Origin: Girardia tigrina
Lineage: Eukaryota
Direction: 5' to 3'
DNA: 64,000 nucleotides
Assembly: GCA_001938485.1 (NCBI GenBank)
Contig: MQRK01177738.1
Span: 1-64,000, forward strand
Shown: in pieces, positions 13,190 to 24,914 of the stretch
Layout: every line of letters begins with the position of its first letter
Position numbering within the stretch: the stretch's first letter is position 1
Program-made: the position numbers and the translations under genes
Notes under the pieces: generated by a model
What the model saw: the letters and a program-made list of their open reading frames with translations, nothing else
Database searches by the model: none
Told to the model about the DNA's origin: nothing

Positions 13190-14271
13190 GAGTAAAGAGA
13201 GCTCTTGAACAAAAAATGTTCAAAGGTGTGCAGCTGCATGAAGGGCACTATACCATGATCAATAAACATCAGTCTCTACAATCTGTGATCGACATCATTC
13301 GATGGCGCTTTCCTGAGCATCGATATTTTCTCGTAAAATCTTTACAGATTTTAGAGCCCGACTCTTGGCCGGTTTCTGATGAAAGAGTGCTGTTTGGTGA
13401 CTCAGAAGTCCTGCGAATTGCTTAAAGGCTAAGATTAAACGGTCGAAACGTTGCATAGAAATTCAGAGAATTCAAAGAAACCAACGGAAAGAATCCAAAA
13501 CAAGAACTTCATCTTCTCCTCTCTGCTGTAGAAACTTATCTGGCATCCTCTTCGGAGTGCGAGTGAGGATTTTACTCCGTGACTAATATCGCAACCAAAA
13601 AGCGGAATTCACTTCAGACGACAAACCTCTCAGAGTTGATGTTTATCAAGTTAAATGAACCTCCATTTGCTTTCTTTGATCCAGCTCCATTTGTGGATAA
13701 ATGACTGAGAGTGGGTCATCGCAAATCTACATCCTGGAAACCAGGAAAACCTGCATCTTCTGAAAGAAAGCAAAGGTGAATTATTCATTCTATGTCTATT
13801 TCATGAAATATCATATCATGTCGACTCAGAAAACACATACTGATTGTTCTGGATAGAAATTTAAGTTAAAATTATTAAAAAAAACTTTTTTTTAAATTTA
13901 AAATTAAAAATATATTTTTATTTAGAAAAAATAATTAATATATAAAAAACAAAAAAAATTGATTGTTGGAAAAAAATTTTAAATTGATTTATTTTTTTTC
14001 AATTTGAAGAATTTTTAACTTCTTAGTTGATGTTAGTGTTTTTGCCGAAAATTTGAAATTCTGATTAGAAATATAACTTTTTGAAGGACCTTTATTTCCT
14101 TTATATTGTTTATAATTTTGTGACCAAACTACTATACAGTCTATGATAACTATGAGGTCTAAAACTCTTCCTTCTGAGATTGGGTTGATTACAGAAATTT
14201 TTACCATTCAATATTAGAAAATTAAAGTGATTTCCGGTCCCCTGAATTCTAAAGGAGTATTTCGAGAACTA
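13190..14271 (+). mobile_element. hAT transposase C-terminal (dimerization domain) remnant plus 3' end
   Basis: ..LASSSECE*GFYSVTNIATKKRNSL..NLSELMFIKLN matches the hATC motif SSAxCERGFS..RNxL; in-frame stops. Confidence 0.85.
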
Positions 14272-14397
14272 ATATATATATACAAGAAAATTGATGAATA
14301 AGAAAATTGAATACAAACTAAAACAGTTGGAGTCTTATTTCTAAACATACTTTAAATTTTATAAGATTATGATATGATTTTTAAATTTAAGATCTTA

Positions 14398-16773
14398 AGG
14401 GGTTCGTTCATCCCGCGTTCTTTAATCCTCCGTTTGTTGATTGTAAGGTTAAATCTAGTTTAGTAATTGAAGTATTAATAATAAACAAAGGTTAAGAAGT
14501 GTAGGTTCAATCTACAGATTCGGCTCAATTAACGTTAAATAGGGTATTGGTTAAGGTTAAGGGGCTTATTTAAATAATTCTTTTGATATTTTATTTCTTT
14601 CTGTGAAGTTTTATTATTTATGTAGTCGTATTATTATTATTTATTATTTATTTAGTCGTATCAGTAAAGAAAATCAATAACAGAAATTGAATAATAATAT
14701 CTATTTGGTTGGCCAAAAAGTCATTGCATTTTTTACTAAAATATTTATTATCAAAAAATGACATGGATGCACAAATATTTTTACACGATATACTGTCCAT
14801 TATTTTCAATCACTTTCTTCCATCTTTCCGGTAGCTTCATTATTCCTGATTCATAAAAAACTTTTTGTCTTTGTCAGCAAAAAAGCCGTCTAGGAACGAT
14901 TTGATTTAAGGAATTCTGCAGGGATCTAAATAAGTTTAAATCCGATGGGGCCAAGTCTGGAGAATACGATGGGTGCGGCAAAATCTCCCAACCCAGTGAT
15001 AAGAGTTTCTGGCGAGTGGTCAAACTTGTATGCGGTCTTGCGTTATCATGCTGAATTACAACTTCTTTTCGATTTGTCAATTCAGGACGTTCCTGTTGAA
15101 TTGAATGAGCCAATTTCTCCAGCTGACCACAATATCTGTCTGAATTGATAGTTTCATTCCTCGGAAGGAGTTCAAAAAACACAATTCCTTTAAAATCCCA
15201 CCAGACGGAAAGCATAACCTTCTTTTGGTGAATTTCTGCTTTTGGGATCGTTTTGGCAGGCTCACCACGTTTTATCCATGATCGTAGGCGTTCCACATTG
15301 TTGTAAACAATCCATTTTTCGTAACCCGTAATCAAGCGCTTCAAAAATGGATCACTTTGTTCTCGCTTCAAAAGGGAATCGCAAATGTCTATACGTTTCA
15401 CCAAATGAATTTCTTTCAGTTCATGTGGNNNNNNNNNNNNNNNNNNNNNNNNNNNNNNNNNNTTCTTTAAATGACTTCCAACACTTGATTTTGATATTTC
15501 CAGAGTCTCTGCAACTTCTCTTGTCGTCATATATGGATTAGATTTGATCAGTGCTGTTATTTTGTCGCCATCAACTTCAACTGATCGACCGGAGCGTGGT
15601 GCATCTTTCAGATGAAATTTTTCAGAACGAAATTTACAAAACCAGTATTGACACTGTCGAAGTTTTAAGGAGTCACTACCATATACAAAACATTTCTTCT
15701 TATGAGCTTGCACAGCAGTTTTCCCTTTGCGAAAATAATGCAACAAAACACGACGAATATGCTCATTTTGATTCTCCATTTCGAATTGACGGTAAAGTAA
15801 TAAATTAAAACAAAATCAATTAATATTTTTTATAAACATAGTCTGAAAATTAAGGTTTCAGAATATATAATTGAATTTAAATTTTATATATTTTATATTT
15901 TATTAGGACGTACTCAAAAACGCAATGAATATTTGGCCAACCCAATATTTACCGCGGATTCATTCTATAAATCTCTCATTAAACCAATTCAGTGTGCTCC
16001 TATTAAGTTCAATCCGTTTAATCATTCTTATTTTCCTTTCGATCCCGATGATCCACCGGACCGTACAAAAAGAATATCATCGATTCAAATCTTTCATAAC
16101 ATTTCTATTCCAACGATCTACCGGACTGTAAAAAAAAGAATATCACCAATCCCGATCCTTCATAATATTTCTATTCCAAAGATCCACCGGAACTTTTTTT
16201 CTCCGGAATCAGTTTCTAGTAATTCATTCCTATTTTATAACCTTAATCCTTACTAATCCAACCTTGTGATCGAGATAGTTTTTTCCTTGTTTTTTATTTT
16301 TTCCGGTTATAAGTTTATTGTAGTAACCTTATTTATATATTATTAAAATTAATTACTATATACTTATATTTTATATTATTTCTTTATTTAAACTAAACAT
16401 TCACGAATAACACTATACTATTCGTTAGTTTCTTACAATTTGTATTGCGTTAAGTATAAAATATTATTATATTGATAAGTTTTGTATTTCAATTTGATTT
16501 TAAAGAAATTAAAATTTTAAATTAATAAATTACAAAATTGAAAGTAAAAGTAATAAGTAATTAAACATCTTCTATTAAATAAATATAATATCTGTCTCTA
16601 TACATAACTCGTCTATTTCCTCACTTTTGTACTCTACGGTCCTTTAAAATAAATTTATTACGAATGAACACGGGATGAATGAGCGAAAAAACATTCGGAT
16701 GAACGAACAAGGGTTGAATGAGTTTGGGATGGACAAACGCGGGAAGAACGGGTTGGGATTAACGAACGGGATA
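14398..16773. mobile_element. Non-autonomous MULE/foldback-like element hosting the mariner
   Basis: Left GTTCGTTCATCCCG units mirrored by right GGGATGAA/GGATTAACGAAC units; GGTTAAGGTTAA / TAACCTTAATCC tracts; internal ~65-bp tandem repeats at 16050-16190. Confidence 0.45.
14704..15945 (-). mobile_element. Near full-length mariner (DD34D, mellifera-like), inactive
   Basis: TIRs TT(T/G)GGTTGGCCAAA with TA TSD; ORF 14874-15779 MENQNEHIRR.., HDNARPH, YSPDLAPSD; first catalytic D mutated (ITGYEKW); C-terminal frameshift; N-gap inside. Confidence 0.95.
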
Positions 16774-16829
16774 CTTTATGATCAATTGAGTATGATTGAT
16801 TATGATCAGCATTTAAAGTTTATTCAATA

Positions 16830-17520
16830 TTAGAATCTCCATTACTTTGTCAATTTTAATTCATCTTATCCCTTGAATTTTTTATTTATTAATTTATTTT
16901 TTGTCTCATTCGTTAATTTTTCAAGAAACAATTTGGAATAGTCATTTTAATGCAAACGTTCAGTTAACTAATTTTTGCTAGCATCAGCTTTCATAGACAT
17001 TGAAAACAGAGATCTAAACATCAAATCTGTTATCCTACTCGGTTTATACTTACGTTAGCAAAGGCTTTTAAGAGATGTATATAACCCAGAATCTGTCTTC
17101 TTACTATAAATTTCTGTCATATCTTTCCTTTCATTTAAAAATTCTAAAAACACTAAAAACTATTCTTTCCAGACTCAAAAATAATAATATAACTTTTTAT
17201 ATATTTAACCTACATATTTTTTAGTAGAGAAAATCTCGGAAGGCTTAGTCGGGGTACGAGGTAGTGCTGCTTATATTGAGACCACCAATGTAAAAAAATC
17301 TTTGTGATAAATGTTTCTTCAAATATTATTCCCAGTTTTCTAAAGTTTGACCCATAAATAATTTTTATTTCAGTTTTAAATTTCCAAAACAGTTTATTTT
17401 ATAATGTACATAATTATTTATTGGTGTTACATAGTCAGAACTTCTCTGACTTGTCCACCAAGCATATGTTCTTTTGGAGAATGAAAGATACCATTTTCTT
17501 TTTCTTATATTTAAAAATAT
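16830..17520 (-). mobile_element. Highly decayed PLE-like RT fragment
   Basis: LVDKSEK (aDKG-like) and weak RT-like words; heavily disrupted. Confidence 0.3.
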
Positions 17521-18559
17521 TTTTGGTAATTTAATTTATCATAAATATTTTTTTTTCATACAACATAAATTTTTATTACCCTTAGAATTTACTTATTTGA
17601 ACTCTCTGATTAATTAACCTCCGAATAACTAATTTGATTTCATTAATTAAAAATATATTTAAAAAATATTAACATATTAGAAAAAAAAACTCTTCTATTT
17701 TTTTAATGGTTTTTAATGAAACTTTTACATGTTTCATTGAAAAACGTTTTGGTTAAGTCAATAAAGTCTATTTGAGCAATGATTTCCACCTGCTTCATTT
17801 CGTTCTTGTTTGGATATTGTTGAAATATTACTTTAGATTTTTAATTAGAGAAACAAACAATTTAAAAACATTTGAAAGAGATTTTGTGGTGGCGTGAGAC
17901 TAAATGAAAATTAAATTTAAAGAATTGATTTCACAGTCATGTATAAATGAAACTGAGCTTTCCTTCAGAGACTGTAGTACCAGTTGGACGAATGTACCGA
18001 GTGGAGTCTGTCTCTATCAATATATTGAAATTATGTTAATAATTAATTGATTTATCAAAGTAAAAACTTTGGTACAGACAGTAAAAGATAATCTGACAAC
18101 TAAAAACTTAAAATGCACAAAATAGTAACTAAATGCTATACCTAAATGTAAAAAATAAGTCATAAGCTTAAAAAATTCCCCTTTAGTCTTGAGGATGTAA
18201 ACCAGTGGTTTCCAACCTCTTTTGGCGCTTGGACACCCTTTCATAGTCAAAACTTTCTCACAAATATCTGAGTTGCATTGAGAACCGGACGGTGGTAGCA
18301 CAGGCACGCAGTGGATCATCTGAAAGTTCGGTCTCTTTGTGCTGGGCTCATTGATATTTTAAGTTGATTGAGGAGATTATGATCATTTTTTATTAGATCG
18401 GTTCTACATCAAGTCAATAAAAATGAATGTTTAAATAAATCTAATATCAAACGAGAATATCAATTGGCAAATTCAAATGATACAACCCTTATTTAATATA
18501 AAAAAAATCTTGTTCGAATAAAATTAAACTGTCAAAATTAACAGTTTAAATTTGCTCGA

Positions 18560-19260
18560 ATATTGATAAAATGAAATTCGGATGAAAATTTTTTTATTGA
18601 AAGCGAACCTCATCTATTTTAAAATATTTTTAGAGACAATATATTTAGGCGGATCTACCGTCATCTTCAGGTCACTAATTAATAATCAATTCACCTGTAT
18701 ATAAATACAAAAATGATGATTATGTAATCGATTGCATGAAATCATGCTAATCAAAAATTCTCAATAAGCTGGTTGAGACTGCCGATTGAACATTGATTTT
18801 AGAGCAACGTAACCTAATTAAAAATGCATCACACGACACTCTCTCCCAGTAACTGTCAAAATGCTTACTCAGAATTTTGAAATTATCAATATTAACATAA
18901 TAGTATTTTAGACGTCAAATTTAAAAACTCCAAATAATTTTCTTAAATTATTTAATTTCTTATTCTGTGTAGCAAATTTACTTTAAATTATTAGAATTAT
19001 TGATAGACATGATAACACATAAACGAAAACAAAAATCACCACCTGCATCATATAATACGAATCGAATTATTGTCAGCGCCTTCAGAATGTCGTTTCTCGC
19101 TCTTTTTTCTTTCTCGATCAGTCTTCCAAGCATCATTTTGTGGATCATTCTGATATCTTCACTTTGTAGACATTCGTGGAGCTTTGATTTGAAAAGAAAA
19201 CTTTGAATTATCTTCTCCTCAATACATGTTTCCAAGAAGCAGATATCAATTTCTTTTAAT
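18560..19260 (-). mobile_element. Internally deleted PLE (N-terminal FLxxC segment, GIY-YIG C-terminus, hammerhead)
   Basis: CFLETCIEEKIIQSFLFK; NIDNFKILSKHFDSYWERVSCDAFLI..KINVQSAVSTSLLRIFD*; clear nucleotide homology to 2130-2470. Confidence 0.75.
18635..18673 (-). ncRNA. Degenerate minimal hammerhead ribozyme
   Basis: GAC CTGAAGA T GACGG TAGAT CCGCC TAAA TATA TT GTC; stem I GAC/GTC, palindromic loop 3, GAAA mutated to TAAA. Confidence 0.7.
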
Positions 19261-20682
19261 TCAATAAACTGCTCCTACATTACTATGTATTCATCAGGAT
19301 TTAAACTCTGAGTTTTACTACTTGCAAAAGGGTTAAACACCCAGTCGAGAATATGCGAATGAAGAATGTCTTCACATCTTTGATTAAGGTCCAAATGAAA
19401 TGTCGTTAAATGTTAACAATAAGCAAACAAATATTTATCTCTGTTTAGCAATTTTGAAATTATTGTGTTAGGTTGATAATTCGCTAAATCAAAAAGAAAT
19501 CAAAACTTTCCAAATTTATTCAAACTACCAAGAAAGGTTTTCCAAGAAAGGCAGATATTACACTTTTAGTTTTGATTAAATTTAATGTTTAATCTTGTAG
19601 TTTCAAATTAGTTTCGTTAAATCTGGCAAATAAGTCAGTGAAGCGATGTCATCATTGTCTTTACTCTCCAAGAATTCCAACACTGAATCAAAGAGCGAAT
19701 AGAAGCGATATTAAACAATATACTTCTGCCTTAGATAGTAAACGATTATAGTCATCATCATTTTCCAAACAAAGTTGAGCAATTAATCTCTCATTTAGGG
19801 AATTCCTTTCGTTTTTATTAACTGCTGTAATAACATAATGTACTGATTAATGCAAATGTTTCCTAAGGTTTTTTGCGACAGAATTATGTTGATGAATGAA
19901 TAAATGTACGGATAATGCATTAGGTATAGTTTGTTTTAAGTATTCCAGAAATCATCGGTGTCAATCTACCATAGCCGGAACACCATCAGTAGCAATGGAT
20001 ATGATATTAGTCAAGGGTAGCGAAATATCTTTTTAATTCAGTAAATAACGTTTTATCTTTGTTATCAGTTTGCAAACATTTAACAAATAACAATTCTTGG
20101 GGATTTCTTTTATTCTTTTACAAATCTCTCATAAACCCAAAGTAAAGCTTCGTTTCCTGGTAATATTGACTTGTCAAACTGTATAGAGAATTCAAATGTT
20201 TTTAAATAGTCACATAAAGAATTCTCTACCCTCTGACCCATTTTGCCGATTCTTCTTCGTACAGTTTTATTACTAATTATAATTCTTTTTATAATATCTA
20301 AAGCTGGTTTGTGAAACATAGTGCGTATTACTTTACTTAAAGCTGGTAGAATAAGTTCTTCTCCAATAGTGAGCGGCTTTCTAGACTTTGTGATCGTTAA
20401 AGAAATATAATAGGAAGCACACAGTCTATTGTCATCAATCTTATATGTTGCCCCTATGAGGTCTAGCAGAGTCGGTGTTTTCAAATATTTTTCTTTGATT
20501 ATTTGGAAAAACGTAAAATGGTTTTTTTGTCACTATGGATTTTGATTAAATGTTCGTTAAGCTTAGAAGGTTTCATTGAATCGTTTGACATCGTTTTATT
20601 ACATAGAAGACAGAAAGGTAAAGTACTGTTTTCTGGTGACGGAATAAAGGTATATTTCATAGAGGTCTTACTTTCTTTTGAC

Positions 20683-21090
20683 TGGATATGGCATCCTGCC
20701 ACTATGTAAGGCAGTCAAGAAGTGGTACGAAGACAATAACGTCGATTTTGTGCAAAGATAGGCAAACCCACCAAATTGTCCCCAACTTCGCCCAATCTAA
20801 AGATATTTGGTTCTGTTAAAAAGGCAATTAAAGACCACAAACATGAGGCCACATACACTTGTAGATTTTTGGAATAAGTGGAATAATGCAGCCAAAAAAG
20901 TGACAGAAACTACAATTGCAAGTCTAATGGCAGGCATTCCGGAAAAGCTCGCAGAATTTATTAAAAAGATAAATAATCTTTCTTAGCTTACTAAAATTAT
21001 TTTGAATTAGAAACATTTTTCAAAACAGTCGGTATTTTTTCAATCAAAAATATTGTTTTATATTGTTCCCAGAGCTCTATGACTGTCCTT
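20683..21090 (+). mobile_element. ITm DD37E transposon 3' fragment
   Basis: DMASCHY..WYEDNNVDFVQR..NPPNCPQLRPI*RY; approximately 37 residues between D and E positions; second copy at 31700-32900. Confidence 0.85.
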
Positions 21091-21732
21091 ACACGTATTT
21101 CCTCAATCATAACACGTAGTTTTAAGGAGAAATTTTCGTCGTTCCCTGAATTTTAATGCTGTAATTTCAGCATTTTCGTTCAGCATTCGGTTTAATATCT
21201 ACTCAATACAACACTCAACTTGCCATATGTTTGCCATGAGGATCAAATATATGCCATGATATTTACCATTTGATTAACAGGCTCAGAACATGCATTAGCA
21301 ATCTCAACAACACTCTCTACTTATATAACTGTTGCAAATAAACGGCTGGAAATAAACACGAGTATATGGAAAGAAATTAGTTTAAAACTAAGCAAATATA
21401 ATATTAAGAGTTCTATCAGAACGTTGAGAAGTGGTAGTGGAACTCATGATTTGACCAACGAATCTATTCAAATTAAAATAAATCGACTTTGAAATATCCG
21501 ATTTTCTTCTGCATATGTCATAGAAGGCTTCATTATCAACCATGAAAGCGCAATTAGGATGTTATAAAGTACTGTGAGTCGTGAGAATTTGATTGTAAGA
21601 TGCAACAACGGCAGTGGAAAACATCATCAACATAAATTTATTATTATAATAATAAAAAAATTTTGATTTAATAAAATTTATGATTACTAATTTCTGAGTT
21701 TTTTATAGTTTTGGAAAAATAAGCGATAAAAC

Positions 21733-21735
<3 letters not shown>

Positions 21736-21773
<38 letters not shown>
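21736..21773. repeat. (TA)n microsatellite
   Basis: Direct; a second one at ~33053-33087. Confidence 0.95.
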
Positions 21774-21775
<2 letters not shown>

Positions 21776-23157
21776 AATAACCTTTTTTTAATATTTTTAA
21801 CTTACTTTATTTTAAANNNNNNNNNNNNNNNNNNNNNNNNNNNNNNNNNNNNNNNNNNNNNNNNNNNNNTTATTTTATGTTATTAAAATTAACTCAAAAT
21901 ATCAAAGATTTTTAGTTAGTTTTTTATCCTTAACAAATGCCATTTAGCTTGACGATCTTACAGTTACTGAAACTTGTTATTTAAATTACATATACTTCAG
22001 ATCATTTTTTGAAAACCCCTTTAAAGACAAAGATACAAAGTGGACAAACTAAAAATTGTTTTTATTCAATATAAGTTAAATTAAAAACGAAAAATATAAA
22101 CTGACTTTTTTGATAATTTACGAATAATAAATGGATTTTCAGAAAAACATGCAAAAAATATTTAAATTGTAATAACAATTTTAACATTTCAATTAACAGT
22201 TTTTCATATTCTTTACAGCTTTAATTATGGAGATTATAAATATAAAATGAAGAAATTGCAAATTAACAAAATTTTCGAATAAAATAATTATAAAATATGA
22301 CAATAATTATAATTATTATAATTGAAATATTTTTTGCAGTAATTATTACTAATTGTGTCAGAACAAAATTATTTAACTGAGAGTTATTCTTTTTTAAACT
22401 TTTTAGTTATCGTATATTTTGTTTTCCACTAATACATGAAATTTTTGTAAAATTTTCTTTCTTTAGTGTATGCGTGGTTGTTATTTTTTGTGTGCGAGAC
22501 TGAGTCTTTTGTGTTGTAATGACGTTTTGAATTTGTGTGTTTTGGTGTTGTGATACCACTCTTGGTTCAACATGAGGAGGAGCAGTGCTCGTAGTTGATA
22601 GTGTCAGAGATTAATCAAAGAAGATCACGCATATGATGAACATTCTGAAGTGACGGAGGATATTTTATATGCTGTATATAATATAATTATTATATAATGG
22701 ATAAAAATCAATAAAAATATTGATGGATTTAAAATCTCAAATTATTATTTATCGTTGGATGCAACAGTTTTTGACGAACAATCAGTTTTGGTGAACAAGC
22801 AGTTTTATTTTTTGACTTTAGCAAGTGTGATTATTATTATTTTTTGTTATTTTTTTTAACTATTATTAATACAGTTTATTGAGTTATTTGTGTTATTTTA
22901 TTATTAAGTTAATTAACATTATCCTTACTCTTTTTCTCATCTTATTTTATCTTGTTTTATAATCGTTATATATTTTCATTGTGTTTTACTACAAAATATA
23001 TTATTATTTTTTTATCATTATTTATCTCATTTGTTGTTAATTGTCGTTTGGCTACTTTTTTTAAAAATTATTTTCAGCTAAGGGATTCTAAAAATTTATG
23101 TAGAGAATTGGTCGGGCGATTTACTCATATATATATATCTTTGTAAATTATATTATA

Positions 23158-23260
23158 CTAGAAATAGACCCGTCATATATGATGGATGAGCTGAATTTTC
23201 GACTTCGAAGGTTTCTGTTTTAATTTTTTAATCACAATTATTATAATTTATTATTTATTG
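23158..23260 (-). mobile_element. Helitron 3' end
   Basis: Minus strand hairpin CCATCA-TATA-TGACGG then ..TTTCTAG|T; homologous to 44600-44675. Confidence 0.75.
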
Positions 23261-23312
23261 TTTCGAATTCTGTGCTGATTTAACAGTCAGTCAGTTAAAT
23301 TGGCTCCCGGAG

Positions 23313-23413
23313 CCTTAGAGCGATGTCAAACGGTGATCTTCCGAGAGTTTTAATGACTCTAATTGTGATAATAATAAAAATTCAAATGAATTTTTTCTGA
23401 ATGTTCTTAACAG
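23313..23413 (+). mobile_element. PLE ORF-start fragment
   Basis: CTTAG-AGCG-ATG(23323) MSNGD/ESFNDSNCDNNKNSNEFFLNVLN (one frameshift). Confidence 0.6.
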
Positions 23414-24914
23414 TTTTTCATTGGAGTCAAATCCCAAACAAAGACTTCTTTGTTCGAGAAAGTAGTCGTATTCTTATTAGATGACTCATCGAGTAAATTA
23501 TTGCCGAGTGTTATTGTGCTTGACAGAACATTACCGACTGTGATTGTGCCGTGTTTTTTTTGAACTTTATGTCATTTTGTTCTCAAATAGCTGCCGCACC
23601 CTGTACTGTGATTGTGCCGTGTTTTTTTTGAGCCACAGAATATGACAAACGGCTCGGTCTGTTTTTGTGATGGACAATAGTGATTTAAAAATCACTTTTC
23701 ATTTTTTATTAACAAAATTTTGTATGAAAGAACGAAATTTTTGAAAAAAAAATTTAACGAAAATGTTTCTCTGAATCAACAAAATAATGCATCTGAATAA
23801 TTTTAAGAAAAATTTTGTCAGAATGAACAAACTATTGTGTCTGAAATATTTTAACAAAAGTTTTGGTCTGAGCAAAAAAGATCTTGTGTGATTTGGGTGA
23901 GTTTTTTCACGAATTTATTTTTGATTTAAACTACGAATTTTGTGTGTCTGAATCGTTATTTAATTTGGAGATAAATTATACGAATTTTTTTGGTTCTGAC
24001 TTACAAATTCAATATTCTGATTTTTTTTGACTTGGTGAATTTACTGCATTTGATTATCATTTTGAGAAAGAAATTTTTTTCGAAATTGAATTTTGCAAAA
24101 CGACTTAGTTCTTTGCGTCTTTGTCTGAAATTCGAATTTGATTATTATTAACGATTCAAGAAACATTATTCGATGAAAAATCAATGCAAATCGAAATTTG
24201 ATAGCATAATTGTTACTTATATGAGTGTCATGTCTGTGCTACCTCGTCCAGTTTTCGGTGCAACTTAAAGATCGAAACGCCCCTTTTTCGTGAACATTAC
24301 AAATGAAATTGTTCGTAAACAATTTTCTTTAAATGAAAAAGAAAAAATTGGAAGTAAAATGTAATTTTCTCAATCATGATTAAAGGGATACTCAAATGAC
24401 TCAAAATAAAAAGTCAAAAAAATAAATAGTATTCCTTAGTTAGAATTTGAAATGAAAACCCTTAACGTTAATGAGGTTCACAATTTTCGAGAACTCCGAG
24501 AAAATTCGGTTTTTGTAGAACAAACTATTCATTACGTTCTCCCAGTTTATAATTTCACAAAACAAAAATGATTAAAATTAAATATTCCAGTTGTATTTTT
24601 AATTAATTTTAATTCTAATTTCCTATTTAAAATTTAGATTTATATTTAATTTGTTACAATAAAATTGGAATATAAAATAATTCTATTTCAACATAAATAA
24701 AAATGAATATTTATTTCATTTCACTGAACATATAATATTAAATATTGCTTTAATAATAAAATAATATCTTTAGACTATTGTCGCCACCTGGTCGGTAACA
24801 AATACTTGTTAATATTTATATTTTAAGTTTAGTATAAACATGCAATAAAGTCTAAATAAAAGATTTGGTTGATAGCATTTCCAAAAAAGAACAGCTAATA
24901 CTACTCCAAGAAAA

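Larger units (their letters stand above)
18203..20690 (-). mobile_element. hAT Buster/ZBED5-type transposon remnant with nested PLE
   Basis: End CAGTGGTTTCCAACC; BED finger CLLC..SMKPSKLNEHL; KPLTIGEELILPA..SNKTVRRRI; FSIQFD. Confidence 0.9.
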
